A DNA stretch of 40,710 nucleotides from Vicinamibacteria bacterium (GCA_963582035.1 CAUZRA010000001.1:1-40710); one strand, 5' to 3'; positions 19,481 to 29,552 are shown, counted from the first letter of the stretch. Numbers and translations: made by a program. The notes: generated by a model not told the origin, from the letters alone.

Positions 19481-20806
19481 CTAGTTAAAAGACTCTAGAA
19501 AGCTGTTGACGAGCTTGTTGAATTCTCGATCCTTCTTACAAAGACTTTCAATTTTCCGAATTGAGTAAATAACTGTTGAATGATGCTTACCACCAAAAGT
19601 CCTTCCTATTTGTGGCAGAGAAGCATTCGTAAGTGTTTTACAAAGAAACATCGCAATTTGGCGGGGTAGAGTGATGGACTTAGAGTTGTTACGGGACTTT
19701 AGGTCTACGACTCGAAGCTTATAATAGTTCGCGATAAACTTTTGAACCTGGTCAATAGTGACGGGCTGATCGTCTCTGTCAAGAATATTTCGTAGTACGT
19801 CTTGCGCAAGAGTTAGCGATATTTCAGTTCCAGTTAACGATGCATAAGCAAGTAAACGGATTAAAGATCCTTCAAGTTCTCTAATATTTGACTTAATCCG
19901 GCCAGCAATATACAAAGCGACGTCATCAGCTAAAGGAACAGCTTCAGCTTCAGCTTTCTTTTTTAATATTGCAATCTTTGTTTCTAGATCAGGTGGTTGG
20001 ATGTCTGCAATCAACCCCCACTCAAACCGAGATCTCAGCCGTTCTTCAAGTGCAGGGATCCCGTGTGGCGGGCAGTCACTACTAATAACTATTTGTTTTT
20101 GTGCGTCGTAAAGAGAATTGAAAGTATGAAAAAACTCGGTTTGAGTGCCCTCTTTTCCAGCCAAAAATTGCACATCATCGACGAGAAGAACATCCATAGT
20201 TCGATAGCGTTCACGAAAGTCCAAAATCCTGTCATATCGGACGGCGTTGATCATTTCGTTCATGAAGCGCTCAGACGAGATATAGACCAGCCTTAAGTCA
20301 GGAGTTTGAGCCAGTAAATATTGGCCAATAGCGTGCATTAGGTGGGTTTTTCCGAGCCCAACACCACCATACAAATAGAGAGGGTTATATGAACGAGAAG
20401 GTGCTTCCGCGACTGCAAGAGAGGCAGCGTGAGCAAATTGGTTTGATGAACCAACAACAAAAGTCTCAAAAAGATAGCGCGGGTTTAATCCACGAGAGGG
20501 AACACCGGCAGGGACACCAGCTACTGGTGGCTTTTGTTCTTGTCTCTCAATAGCTTTTCCTGTCTGTCCGTCGATAACAAAGGCGATTTGCATTCCGTCA
20601 CGTTGGACTTCAGTAGCAGCTTCATTAATAACATCCGCATAGTGTTTAGTAAGCCAATCACGAAAAAGCTCGTTTGGAACGCGAATAGTGACCTGCTCGC
20701 CACTATCCTCAACAAAAACTGTTGGTCGGAACCAGGTGTAAAAACTATGGCGGTTGACTTTTGTTTCGATTCGAGAAAGAACTTGGTTCCAGACATTCGA
20801 TGACAT
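19481..20806 (-). CDS. dnaA: Chromosomal replication initiator protein DnaA
   Basis: 441 aa. It has the domain I start VWNQVLSRIE, the AAA+ Walker A GGVGLGKTHL, LLVDDVQFL, and the domain IV HTH (...GRTFGGKHHSTVIYSIRKIE). Confidence 0.97.
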   Translation of the reverse strand: MSSNVWNQVLSRIETKVNRHSFYTWFRPTVFVEDSGEQVTIRVPNELFRDWLTKHYADVINEAATEVQRDGMQIAFVIDGQTGKAIERQEQKPPVAGVPAGVPSRGLNPRYLFETFVVGSSNQFAHAASLAVAEAPSRSYNPLYLYGGVGLGKTHLMHAIGQYLLAQTPDLRLVYISSERFMNEMINAVRYDRILDFRERYRTMDVLLVDDVQFLAGKEGTQTEFFHTFNSLYDAQKQIVISSDCPPHGIPALEERLRSRFEWGLIADIQPPDLETKIAILKKKAEAEAVPLADDVALYIAGRIKSNIRELEGSLIRLLAYASLTGTEISLTLAQDVLRNILDRDDQPVTIDQVQKFIANYYKLRVVDLKSRNNSKSITLPRQIAMFLCKTLTNASLPQIGRTFGGKHHSTVIYSIRKIESLCKKDREFNKLVNSFLESFN

Positions 20807-20937
20807 AGACGATACGAATCCGTTGGAAAGTTTTCGCCCCTATAGCCTTACACGGTACCGCTGGGACGGTAACCGTTATCGGGGTAAAACACAGTAAAAA
20901 ATACAGTTACGGTTTTTATTAGGTAAAATTTTATTTT

Positions 20938-20969
20938 TTTTCCACAATTTCTTCCACAGTTGTGGAAAA
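20938..20969. promoter_or_regulatory. Second DnaA-box cluster upstream of dnaA (autoregulation and/or second origin half)
   Basis: TTTTCCACA at 20938-20946 has 1 mismatch. TCTTCCACA at 20950-20958 has 2 mismatches. TGTGGAAAA at 20961-20969 is the reverse complement TTTTCCACA with 1 mismatch. The last two face each other as the inverted repeat TTCCACA-GT-TGTGGAA (20952-20967). Confidence 0.55.
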
Positions 20970-21158
20970 CCCTAGTAAGACTAAAGTGGTCCCCACTAAC
21001 CGCAGGCCGGCGACTGTAGCACACAGCATTTATTCGACGCAATCGGTAACAACGATTAACGTAGGAGACAGACCATACTTTGTGGGTCAAAACCGAGCTG
21101 CTTTAAACAACTTCTCGTCGCAACCGACTAGGAAGAAGCAAGTAAGCAGTCTCTTTCG

Positions 21159-21188
21159 TTGACAGCTTCACAGCCGCTTGGGTACCAT
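21159..21188 (+). promoter_or_regulatory. Candidate sigma70-type promoter for rpmH-rnpA
   Basis: TTGACA (21159-21164), 18 nt, then TACCAT (21183-21188). The rpmH ATG is 38 nt downstream and is preceded by GAGGT. Confidence 0.35.
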
Positions 21189-21225
21189 GTTGGTTTGGTG
21201 GTCGTCCAGAGGTAGATACGAGTCC

Positions 21226-21363
21226 ATGAAACGCACATTCCAGCCAAACAATAGACACCGCAAGCGAACTCATGGTTTTCTAACACGAATGAGTTCAAAG
21301 ACGGGTCGTCGAGTCATTCAGCGCAGGCGCGCTAAAGGACGAAAGCGCCTTTCTGTCTCTTAA
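21226..21363 (+). CDS. rpmH: 50S ribosomal protein L34
   Basis: [45 protein letters not shown] (45 aa) is canonical L34. The track ORF begins 16 codons upstream at 21178, but the conserved MKRTFQP start at 21226 has a GAGGT Shine-Dalgarno. Confidence 0.95.
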   Translation: MKRTFQPNNRHRKRTHGFLTRMSSKTGRRVIQRRRAKGRKRLSVS

Positions 21364-21392
21364 GTTGTTTTAAATAAAGAGTTTATACGAAA

Positions 21393-21758
21393 TTGGATCA
21401 CGCTCGCGGTCGCCGCGATCGGCTCCGGCGGCGGCAGGAGTTTCTGAAAGTCCAGCAGAACGGTGCCAGAATTAGGGGCCGACACCTCACCCTCTTTACC
21501 ATCCCGAATGGCCTCGATCGAAGCCGATTCGGGATAATTGCAACACGGAAGGTCGGCGGAGCGACCCGCAGAAATAGGTCGAAAAGAATCATGAGAGAAC
21601 TGTTCCGCCAACTTAGGTGTGGGCCAGGATATGACATTGTCGCGTTACTCAGGCCGGGGTTTCCTGATGTTGCTTTCCGCGAGTTAGAAGAAGATTACCG
21701 GGGCACACTATTACGGCATGACAGAGCTCATCAACAACGTGACTCAGTAGGAGCTTAA
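21393..21758 (+). CDS. rnpA: Ribonuclease P protein component
   Basis: 121 aa and basic. It has the [11 protein letters not shown]...[23 protein letters not shown] (RNR motif) and sits in the conserved position after rpmH. The TTG start at 21393 is the only in-frame start seen, so the start is uncertain. Confidence 0.88.
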   Translation: MDHARGRRDRLRRRQEFLKVQQNGARIRGRHLTLFTIPNGLDRSRFGIIATRKVGGATRRNRSKRIMRELFRQLRCGPGYDIVALLRPGFPDVAFRELEEDYRGTLLRHDRAHQQRDSVGA

Positions 21759-21763
21759 GTAAA

Positions 21764-22024
21764 TTGGAACGGAACCTGGGAAAGACTATTTTTGTGAGAC
21801 TGTTTATAGCGCCTATTGATGTATATCAACTTGTTTTTTCTCAATGGTTTACAGGGTGCTGCCGGTTTGTTCCGTCGTGTTCGAATTATGCAAAAGAGGC
21901 AATATTTACTCACGGTGCCGTTAAGGGAACATGGTTGGCGATACACCGCCTGTGCCGATGCCATCCACTGCGTCAGGGCGGTCTAGACCAAGTACCGATA
22001 CCAAACCGAAATTCCAAAATATAG
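21764..22024 (+). CDS. yidD: Membrane protein insertion efficiency factor YidD
   Basis: 86 aa. It carries [27 protein letters not shown]...[24 protein letters not shown] (the YidD family pattern). The start is TTG. Confidence 0.88.
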   Translation: MERNLGKTIFVRLFIAPIDVYQLVFSQWFTGCCRFVPSCSNYAKEAIFTHGAVKGTWLAIHRLCRCHPLRQGGLDQVPIPNRNSKI

Positions 22025-22051
22025 AACTGGTGTACAGGTAGAACGCAATCC

Positions 22052-23899
22052 ATGGAACGAAATGTTCTTCTCGCTTTGGTCCTGTCTTTTCTGGTGTTAA
22101 TCCTTTACCAGAGTTATCTTGTTCCTCCGGTTTCCATAGATGAGGCCAGCCGACCAGTTGAAAGCATGTCTTCTGGAGTTTCAGAAACGGGCGACCCACC
22201 GACAGCAACAACAGCAATGACGCCCGTCCCACTCACAGCAGCACCAGCGGAAGTAACTGATGGGACAGGAGATACGTCTTCACTAGATGAGGGAGAGCTT
22301 GGTTTAGAGCTGGCTGGTATTACAGCGTTGGTGTCGGCCGAGGCGGAGCAGGAAACAATTGTTGAAAGCGATACAATCCGCGCTACATTTTCGAACCGAG
22401 GGGCCGTTCTCACCAGCTGGAAACTAAAGAATCACACCGAGCAGGGCGGCGAGGCGCTGATTGATCTTGTGCCGGTAAACCTTCCCCCAGAGCAAGTACA
22501 GCCATTCACTTTAGCTTTTGACGATCCCGAACTGAGCGCTCGTGCCAGGTCGGCGCTGTTTCGGGCCAGCGCATCGACGTTGTCTTTAGGCAATGAGCAG
22601 GAGGTGGTTTCTTTTGTTTACGAAGATTCTTCGGGTTTTCGAATTTCCAAACAATATTCCTTTAACCCGAACGGGTATGACTATGTGCTGTCTGTGAGTG
22701 TGGTCGCAACACTAAACGGCGAAACGCTACCGTTTGCTGTTCAGTGGGGGCCTGCGCTTGGAGGAGGTGAATCAACGACATCCGGCATGATTGGTTACAG
22801 ATCAGGACCACGCGCTGTCCTGTATGGTCGAGTCGAAACAGACGGTATTCTTGGTGATAGTGACGTGGAGCACTTTGAAGTTTCAGAGATAGAAGAACGG
22901 CCGCAATATAACGGCCAACTTCGTTACGCTGGAGTCGATAACCACTATTTCCTAGTTGCAGCAATAACGCAAAATCCTTCAGTTATAGTGGGCTATCGGT
23001 CCTTACCTCTTCCACCACATGACCCAGATGGACCGTCTCGAGAACTCATAACCTTTGAGCTGCGTTGGCCTGACAACGTTGTCGAGAACGAACCATTTTT
23101 CCTTGGACCAAAAGAGTTTGCACAGCTGGAACGTGTCGATCCTGTATTGATTGAAGCAATCGATTTCGGTTGGACCAGTTGGATTGTTGTTCCACTCCAC
23201 CGGTCATTGACCCAGATTTATGAGTATCTTGGTAATTGGGGTTGGGCAATCATCGTCCTGACGTTCTTGATTAATGTGATCATTTTTCCTCTCCGCCACA
23301 AAAGTGTTCTTTCGATGCGTAAGATGCAAGAAATCGGGCCGGAGATGAAAGCGATCCAAGCAAGGTATGCGGACCTGAAAACAACGGACCCGAAGAAGCA
23401 AAAGATGAACCAAGAGATCATGGAGCTCTATAAAAAACGAGGCGTAAACCCGGTAAGTGGTTGTTTCCCAATGTTGCTGACGATGCCGGTGTTGTTTGCG
23501 TTTTATAGTCTGCTATCCGTGGCCGTAGAAATTCGTGGCGAACCATTCATTGGGTGGATCACGGACCTGACGGTCGCCGACCAGTTCTACATCACACCAA
23601 TCGCAATGGGTGTTTCCATGTTTGTGCAGCAGAGAATGACTCCCATGCCGACCCAAGATCCGATGCAGCAAAAGATGATGATGCTCATGCCAGTAATGTT
23701 TACCGGCATGTTTCTTTTTGCGGCGAGCGGTCTCGTTCTTTACTGGTTGACAAGCAACTTGTTGACTATCGCGCAGACGCTCATTACCAATCGAATCATC
23801 GGTCCACCAAAAGTCCATACAGTTCGCCCGGCAGCCGAGCGACGGATTAAACAGCGAACAAAGAGCAAGAGCACGAAAATAGCTTTGAAGGAGAAGTGA
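22052..23899 (+). CDS. yidC: Membrane protein insertase YidC (long form with large periplasmic domain)
   Basis: 615 aa. An N-terminal TM is followed by a Pro/Thr/Ala-rich linker and then a ~300-aa periplasmic domain. The conserved C-terminal core reads NWGWAIIVLTFLINVIIFPL...MQEIGPEMKAIQ...GVNPVSGCFPMLLTMPV...LYWLTSNLLTIAQ, and the tail is basic. Confidence 0.95.
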   Translation: MERNVLLALVLSFLVLILYQSYLVPPVSIDEASRPVESMSSGVSETGDPPTATTAMTPVPLTAAPAEVTDGTGDTSSLDEGELGLELAGITALVSAEAEQETIVESDTIRATFSNRGAVLTSWKLKNHTEQGGEALIDLVPVNLPPEQVQPFTLAFDDPELSARARSALFRASASTLSLGNEQEVVSFVYEDSSGFRISKQYSFNPNGYDYVLSVSVVATLNGETLPFAVQWGPALGGGESTTSGMIGYRSGPRAVLYGRVETDGILGDSDVEHFEVSEIEERPQYNGQLRYAGVDNHYFLVAAITQNPSVIVGYRSLPLPPHDPDGPSRELITFELRWPDNVVENEPFFLGPKEFAQLERVDPVLIEAIDFGWTSWIVVPLHRSLTQIYEYLGNWGWAIIVLTFLINVIIFPLRHKSVLSMRKMQEIGPEMKAIQARYADLKTTDPKKQKMNQEIMELYKKRGVNPVSGCFPMLLTMPVLFAFYSLLSVAVEIRGEPFIGWITDLTVADQFYITPIAMGVSMFVQQRMTPMPTQDPMQQKMMMLMPVMFTGMFLFAASGLVLYWLTSNLLTIAQTLITNRIIGPPKVHTVRPAAERRIKQRTKSKSTKIALKEK

Positions 23900-24357
23900 T
23901 GACGGCAACAGGGGATTTAGATGCGCGCATGACGGAGTTCTTGACGAACGTTGGTGATGCGATGGGTTTGCAGTTGACGGTCACAACGGAAGCACTTGAT
24001 GATGCCACTCGTGTATCTATCGAGGGCGACGAATGCGACATATTTCTTCAGAACAAAGCCGAGGGTTTGGATGCGTTGCAACATCTTGTGAATGCCGCGT
24101 TTCGCCGCGATCATCCAACCGGTCGCATTGTTGTCGACTGTCTTAATTATCGTAGGGGTCAGGACAGTGAGTTAAGGGAAACGGCGGTCATTCTAGCAAC
24201 TAAAGCTTTGGAGACAGCGGAATCGCAAGAAGTTGGTCCCCTGAATCCATACGCCAGACGGATCGTACACCTCGCTGTTGCAGAGATCGCGGACGTGTCG
24301 TCTGAAAGTGTAGGAGACGCCTTTATGAAAATAGTGGTGATTTCTGCCGGCGACTAG
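23899..24357 (+). CDS. jag: Jag-family RNA-binding protein (KH + R3H domains), short form
   Basis: The gene follows yidC as in most bacteria. The C-terminal LNPYARRIVHLAVAEI is R3H-like. The ATG at 23899 (TGATG overlap with the yidC stop) has AAGGAG 5 nt upstream. The GTG at 23896 used by the track is too close to that Shine-Dalgarno. Confidence 0.8.
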   Translation: MTATGDLDARMTEFLTNVGDAMGLQLTVTTEALDDATRVSIEGDECDIFLQNKAEGLDALQHLVNAAFRRDHPTGRIVVDCLNYRRGQDSELRETAVILATKALETAESQEVGPLNPYARRIVHLAVAEIADVSSESVGDAFMKIVVISAGD

Positions 24358-24425
24358 ACACGGATCAATGCACTGTTAAAGTATAGTAAATAAACTATTT
24401 ATATAGAAACAGCATCTTACATTCA

Positions 24426-25820
24426 GTGTTTGCCACCGACGATACAATAGTGGCGATAGCGACGCCAGCAGGTCCTGGGGGGATAGGTGTCGTCCGCGTG
24501 AGCGGGCCTTCGTCAACGACGATAGCAAACAGCATACTGCGTCGCGCTACCCCGCTTAAGCCGCGTCATGCCACAGTTACTGAAGTAGTAATTTCTGACA
24601 GCGGCAAAGTAATTGACCGCGTTGTCGCGACCTATTTTCCCCGGCCGGGTTCCTATACAGGCGAAGATGTTGTAGAAGTCAGTGGTCATGGCAATCCGGT
24701 GCTTCTGCGCCAGATAGTTGCTGTGGCTATCGCCGCAGGTGCCCGCTTAGCAGAACCGGGAGAATTCACATTTCGGGCTTATCTGAACGGCCGCATTGAT
24801 TTGGTGCAGGCAGAAGCAGTCGCTGACCTCGCGGATGCGGTAACTCCCAGGCAGGCAAGAGCCGCGTTTGACCAGCTCGAAGGAACTATGACTTTGGGTG
24901 TAGAGAAAATCGATCGAGAACTCTTCGATTTAATCTCACTTCTTGAGGCTTCTCTCGATTTTCCAGAGGAAGGCTATCACTTTGTCGATGAACAAAACGT
25001 AGCGTCTGCAACAACGGCGCTGTCGACCAAAGTGTCTCAATTGTTAGCCAGCGCCGACCAAGGACGACTTCTACGAGAAGGGTGTCAAGTGGCGATAGTT
25101 GGTAAACCGAATGTTGGAAAGTCGACCCTCTTTAATTCACTGTGCGGTGCCCCCCGGGCGATCGTTACAGATACCGCTGGAACAACGCGGGATTTGTTAA
25201 CTGAAAAAATCGACCTAGGAGGGATTCCCATCACACTTGTCGATACGGCCGGAATTCACGAGACAGACGATCCTGTTGAAGCAGAGGGAGTTGTTCGTGC
25301 ACAGCGCACAGTCACTGTCGCCGGTGCGGTTGTCGTTGTGCTTGATGGCTCTTGTCCTTTGACGAACAAAGATTACAAAATCCTCGAAGACACGAAGGGC
25401 ATGAGAAGGCTGGTCGTAGTGAGTAAGCGTGACCTACCATGTGCGTGGGCGCTTGAATCCGAGCCTTTGGTGGGTGTAACAGCTCGTGTTTTTGAGGGAT
25501 GCCTTCTTTCTGATAATCAAACAGTCTTAGAGATTCTTCGTCACCAACTCATTTCTGTCATCGAAGACAGCGACAATGAAGTTCACACCAAAGTGAGACG
25601 AGATATACCAGCCGTCACGAACCTACGTCATATTGAGTTGCTAAAAAAAACACAGTCAGCACTAGCAAGGGCAGCTTCTGCTGCAATTTCTGGTGCGGCG
25701 GAAGAGCTAGTCATAACGGATTTGCAGGAAGCGCGTTCTGCGTTGGAAGAAATGTTGGGGAAGAGAACCCCTGACGCGGTAATAGAACGAATCTTTGAAC
25801 GATTCTGTATCGGCAAATAA
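24426..25820 (+). CDS. mnmE: tRNA modification GTPase MnmE (TrmE)
   Basis: 464 aa. It carries DTIVAIATPAGPGGIGVVRVSG, the G-domain GKPNVGKSTLFN...DTAG, and the C-terminal FCIGK. The start is GTG. Confidence 0.95.
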   Translation: MFATDDTIVAIATPAGPGGIGVVRVSGPSSTTIANSILRRATPLKPRHATVTEVVISDSGKVIDRVVATYFPRPGSYTGEDVVEVSGHGNPVLLRQIVAVAIAAGARLAEPGEFTFRAYLNGRIDLVQAEAVADLADAVTPRQARAAFDQLEGTMTLGVEKIDRELFDLISLLEASLDFPEEGYHFVDEQNVASATTALSTKVSQLLASADQGRLLREGCQVAIVGKPNVGKSTLFNSLCGAPRAIVTDTAGTTRDLLTEKIDLGGIPITLVDTAGIHETDDPVEAEGVVRAQRTVTVAGAVVVVLDGSCPLTNKDYKILEDTKGMRRLVVVSKRDLPCAWALESEPLVGVTARVFEGCLLSDNQTVLEILRHQLISVIEDSDNEVHTKVRRDIPAVTNLRHIELLKKTQSALARAASAAISGAAEELVITDLQEARSALEEMLGKRTPDAVIERIFERFCIGK

Positions 25821-25823
25821 CAC

Positions 25824-27665
25824 ATGAGTAAAAGTTTCGATGTCATCGTCATTGGAGCAGGACATGCAGGAGTAGAAGCTGCCTACGCAGCGGCACGCCT
25901 TGGGCAGCGAGTAGGTCTTTGTACGTTATCGCATGACACGGTTGCTCATATGCCCTGTAATCCGGCAATTGGGGGTACCGCGAAGGGCCATCTGGTGAGA
26001 GAAATTGATGCCCTGGGCGGTGTAATGGGTCGGGCAATCGATGCAACCGGCTTGCAGTTTAAATTGCTTAACCGAAGTCGTGGACCGGCAGTTTGGTCGC
26101 CTCGCGCGCAAGCAGATAAGCGTGTTTATAGTGATTGGGTTGCAAGAACACTTCGGCAAGAAACGCGGATAGAGTGGGTCATTGGTCGCATCGGTAGGCT
26201 TTTAGTGAAAGGTGGTTGCGTCAGGGGCATTGAATTTGAAGCTGGTGGTAGCGGCCACGCTTCTGGCACAACGCTTTGGGCCAAGTCAGTGATCGTTACT
26301 GCTGGCACATTCCTCAATGGTTTGATTCATGTTGGGCGGGAACAAAAACCTGCTGGGCGATCGGGCGAGCCACCATCACATCAGTTGGCTGAGTCATTAA
26401 AGGATCTTGGTTTTCGATGGGGCCGCCTTAAAACCGGCACTCCTCCGAGATTAGCTCGAAGCACTATTGATTTTGAATGTTTTGAAGAAGCCTTGGGGGA
26501 TGATTGTCCCGTTCCCTTTTCTTTTATGACCGAATCGATCCGTCGGCCACAGATCGCCTGTCATTCCCTCTATACGACGGATCGTGTGCATGACTTGGTT
26601 CGCAAAAACATCGATCGCTCACCGTTGTATAACGGACAGATTCAAGGAATAGGACCGAGATACTGTCCTTCCCTTGAGGATAAAGTGATGCGATTTCCCG
26701 ATCGAGAAAGGCATCATATTTTTCTTGAACCAGAGGGCATCGGTGTCGAGGAAATATACGTAAATGGTTATTCGATGAGCTTACCGGCAGAGATTCAACA
26801 AACGTTGGTAAATGCTTTACCGGGTTTAGAAAAAGCGAAGATACTTCGCCCAGGGTACGCGGTGGAATATGACTTTATTCAACCAACTGAATTGTTGCGT
26901 ACTTATGAAACTAAAAACGTTTCCGGGTTGTTTCTTGCTGGCCAAGTAAATGGAACCTCCGGTTATGAAGAGGCCGCGGCACAAGGGCTTGTTGCAGGGA
27001 TTAACGCAGCTCAGCACGCGGCACATAAACCACCGCTCACATTTGCACGAAGCGATGGCTACATCGGTGTTTTGGCCGATGACCTTACAACTCGTGGCTG
27101 TCTTGAACCATATCGGATGTTTACGTCCCGGGCAGAATATCGCCTATTACTGAGAATCGATAATGCGGACCTTCGCCTTACACAAAAAGGTCGAGACGTG
27201 GGACTGGTTGGTGACGAACGCTGGGAGCATTTCGTTCGGCGCCGACAACGATTCGAACGAAATATAGAGACCGTGGAGCAAACCACTGTTACGCTGCAGG
27301 GTGGTTTGAGAGTGCGGGCGAGTCATGCCTTAAAAAGACCCGATGTATCCCTTAATTCACTAGTGGATCAGCATGAACTGACGATTCAGACGGGGTCGAG
27401 CGGACAGGAGCTAGATTATTTGAGCGTCGAGACGGAGTTCAAATACGCGGGATATCTCAAGCGGCAAACGGCGACGGTTGAACGCATGAAGGACCTCGAG
27501 CAACGTCCGATACCAAATACATTTGACTACGAGGGATTGCCGGGATTGTCGCATGAGGTAACTGAGAGACTTGTGGAAACACGTCCGGAGACTCTTGGAC
27601 AGGCTTCGAGAATTCCCGGTGTAACACCTGCGGCGGTTGCTTTGATTGACGCTAGGTTGTCTTAG
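25824..27665 (+). CDS. mnmG: tRNA uridine 5-carboxymethylaminomethyl modification enzyme MnmG (GidA)
   Basis: 613 aa. It carries the FAD fold [47 protein letters not shown]-like [10 protein letters not shown], and [19 protein letters not shown]. Confidence 0.96.
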   Translation: MSKSFDVIVIGAGHAGVEAAYAAARLGQRVGLCTLSHDTVAHMPCNPAIGGTAKGHLVREIDALGGVMGRAIDATGLQFKLLNRSRGPAVWSPRAQADKRVYSDWVARTLRQETRIEWVIGRIGRLLVKGGCVRGIEFEAGGSGHASGTTLWAKSVIVTAGTFLNGLIHVGREQKPAGRSGEPPSHQLAESLKDLGFRWGRLKTGTPPRLARSTIDFECFEEALGDDCPVPFSFMTESIRRPQIACHSLYTTDRVHDLVRKNIDRSPLYNGQIQGIGPRYCPSLEDKVMRFPDRERHHIFLEPEGIGVEEIYVNGYSMSLPAEIQQTLVNALPGLEKAKILRPGYAVEYDFIQPTELLRTYETKNVSGLFLAGQVNGTSGYEEAAAQGLVAGINAAQHAAHKPPLTFARSDGYIGVLADDLTTRGCLEPYRMFTSRAEYRLLLRIDNADLRLTQKGRDVGLVGDERWEHFVRRRQRFERNIETVEQTTVTLQGGLRVRASHALKRPDVSLNSLVDQHELTIQTGSSGQELDYLSVETEFKYAGYLKRQTATVERMKDLEQRPIPNTFDYEGLPGLSHEVTERLVETRPETLGQASRIPGVTPAAVALIDARLS

Positions 27666-27705
27666 CAGGAAGCTTCGAACAAACTTGTCTTGGCAATAAA
27701 GACTG

Positions 27706-28353
27706 TTGGGTAAACGGAACCTCGCCACACGATTACTGAAACGCGCAGAACGTGCCCGCGTAGCACTTAAATTGGAAGCGGCGGAGCAACTTGCAGCCTA
27801 TGTTGGAATGTTGCAGGGATGGAACGCGCGCATGAATTTGACAGCGTTGGCAGACAACGATTCAGGCCTCGACCGACTAATCATCGAACCCCTGATTGTT
27901 GCTAGGCATTTACCAAAGACAGGTTCCTTAATCGATATTGGGTCGGGAGGTGGGTCTCCTGCATTGCCGCTAAAAATTCTGCTTCCGGAGTTGAGTTTGA
28001 GAATGGTGGAAAGCAAGACTCGTAAGGGCGCGTTTCTTCGTGACGCGGCCCGTCAGCTGGGGTTGCGGAATGTTGAGGTAGAGGTGTGCAGGTATGAGGA
28101 ATTACTCTCCCGACCAGAATTGCACGAAACTCACAACGCGCTGACAGTGCGGGCCGTACGGCTTGAACGAAAGGCCTTACGGAATTTGCAGGCCTTTGTG
28201 CGGCCTGGAGGGCTTCTTGGACTGTTGCGAGGTGGTGGTGTAAGCGACGCGCTTAGGGATGTTCAACCACCGCTCGTGTGGGAGGCAACTTATCCACTGG
28301 TTGAATCGCTGCGTAGTCAGTTGGTTGTGGTGAGAAAGCTAGAGCTCGCTTAG
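27706..28353 (+). CDS. rsmG: 16S rRNA (guanine527-N7)-methyltransferase RsmG (GidB)
   Basis: 215 aa. It has WNARMNLTAL and the SAM-binding motif LIDIGSGGGSPALPLK, and it follows mnmG. The TTG start at 27706 is uncertain. Confidence 0.88.
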   Translation: MGKRNLATRLLKRAERARVALKLEAAEQLAAYVGMLQGWNARMNLTALADNDSGLDRLIIEPLIVARHLPKTGSLIDIGSGGGSPALPLKILLPELSLRMVESKTRKGAFLRDAARQLGLRNVEVEVCRYEELLSRPELHETHNALTVRAVRLERKALRNLQAFVRPGGLLGLLRGGGVSDALRDVQPPLVWEATYPLVESLRSQLVVVRKLELA

Positions 28354-28656
28354 GCGAATAAACAACGAATGCCGACGTTTATTTTACGAATGTGGAAGGT
28401 GTGCAGGAATCAGAATTAGTTTTATTATTAAGCATTACAAAGTTCATGATTTGTTGCAAAGTGTCTTTTGTCCTTTAAGTCTGGGAATATCGGTGTGTCT
28501 CATGGTGGGGTTGAATTGCTTTCAGCCAGAATAAAGGCCTTAGCTTTATGAGCGTGCGGATATGCCGACTCGACGAATCATGGTATTCCTGAGCTGACTA
28601 ATATTTCCCAAAGAGACACCTCTTTTCGTTAATAGGCAGCTGGTGTCTTGGTTTTA

Positions 28657-28674
28657 ATGTTCCACGTGGAACAT
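28657..28674. promoter_or_regulatory. parS centromere-like site (perfect palindrome)
   Basis: aTGTTCCACGTGGAACAt has a 16-bp core at 28658-28673. The canonical parS is TGTTNCACGTGAAACA, and this copy is fully symmetric. It lies 82 bp upstream of parA. Confidence 0.85.
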
Positions 28675-28676
28675 AG

Positions 28677-28705
28677 TTGACCGATACCAGGTGCCGTGAT
28701 AGCAT
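28677..28705 (+). promoter_or_regulatory. Candidate parAB promoter abutting parS
   Basis: TTGACC (28677-28682), 17 nt, then TAGCAT (28700-28705). The -35 element begins 4 nt after the parS core. Confidence 0.35.
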
Positions 28706-28754
28706 AGAATAGCAAAAATACATAAGACCTAAATATTATAGGGCTAACGACATA

Positions 28755-29549
28755 ATGAAAAATATTTTTGCTATTACTAATCAAAAAGGAGGTGTGGGTA
28801 AAACGACGACGACGATCAATCTCGCCGCGTCACTGGCTCTCGCTGACCAAAACGTTCTCATCGTGGATATGGATCCGCAGGCTAACCTGACAAGCGGGAT
28901 AGGCAAGAAGGGTTCATTTCGGCCCGCAGGGACAGTTTATGAGGCGCTGACCGCTGATAGCGAGCCAGAAATCGCCGAGTTTATTGTGCCCACCGACGTA
29001 GCTGGTCTATCCCTACTTCCCGCCGACAGAAATCTGACAGGCGCCGAGGTCGAACTTGTCTCTCTCGTTCAGCGTGAACGCCGATTGCGTCCCCTGCTCC
29101 AACAAGCCAAAACAAACTTTGATTATGTGCTCATTGACACACCACCGTCCCTTGGACTTCTGACGCTGAATGCACTGGTGGCTGCCGAGGGAATGATCAT
29201 TCCTTTAACTTGTGATTATTTTGCCCTTGAGGGTCTGGCGGAGTTAATGACAACTCTGCGACGCGTCCAAGGAGCTTATAACCCAAGCCTAGAAATTACC
29301 GGTGTACTCCTGACAATGGCGGACAATCGCACGAATCTAGGGCAGCAAGTTACGAAAGAAGTTAAAGATTTCTTTGGCGATAAAGTTTTCGGAACGAGGA
29401 TTCCACGAAATATCCGCCTCGCAGAAGCTCCAAGTCACGGGCTTCCAGTGATTCTTCATGATGTGAAATCCAAAGGCGCGGAGGCCTATCTGGCATTAGC
29501 AAGAGAGTTCCTTTTGAGGGGACAAAATAGTCATGCGGGAGAAATGTAA
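28755..29549 (+). CDS. parA: Chromosome partitioning ATPase ParA (Soj)
   Basis: 264 aa. It has the deviant Walker A NQKGGVGKTTTTINLA, DMDPQAN and IDTPPSLG. Confidence 0.95.
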   Translation: MKNIFAITNQKGGVGKTTTTINLAASLALADQNVLIVDMDPQANLTSGIGKKGSFRPAGTVYEALTADSEPEIAEFIVPTDVAGLSLLPADRNLTGAEVELVSLVQRERRLRPLLQQAKTNFDYVLIDTPPSLGLLTLNALVAAEGMIIPLTCDYFALEGLAELMTTLRRVQGAYNPSLEITGVLLTMADNRTNLGQQVTKEVKDFFGDKVFGTRIPRNIRLAEAPSHGLPVILHDVKSKGAEAYLALAREFLLRGQNSHAGEM

Positions 29550-29552
29550 GCG

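Noticed and set aside
20848-21162. 80-aa (minus) and 66-aa (plus) ORFs in the dnaA-rpmH spacer
   Set aside because: They overlap the DnaA-box cluster and promoter-like sequence. Their Cys/Arg/Asn-rich translations have no start context. This spacer is conventionally non-coding.
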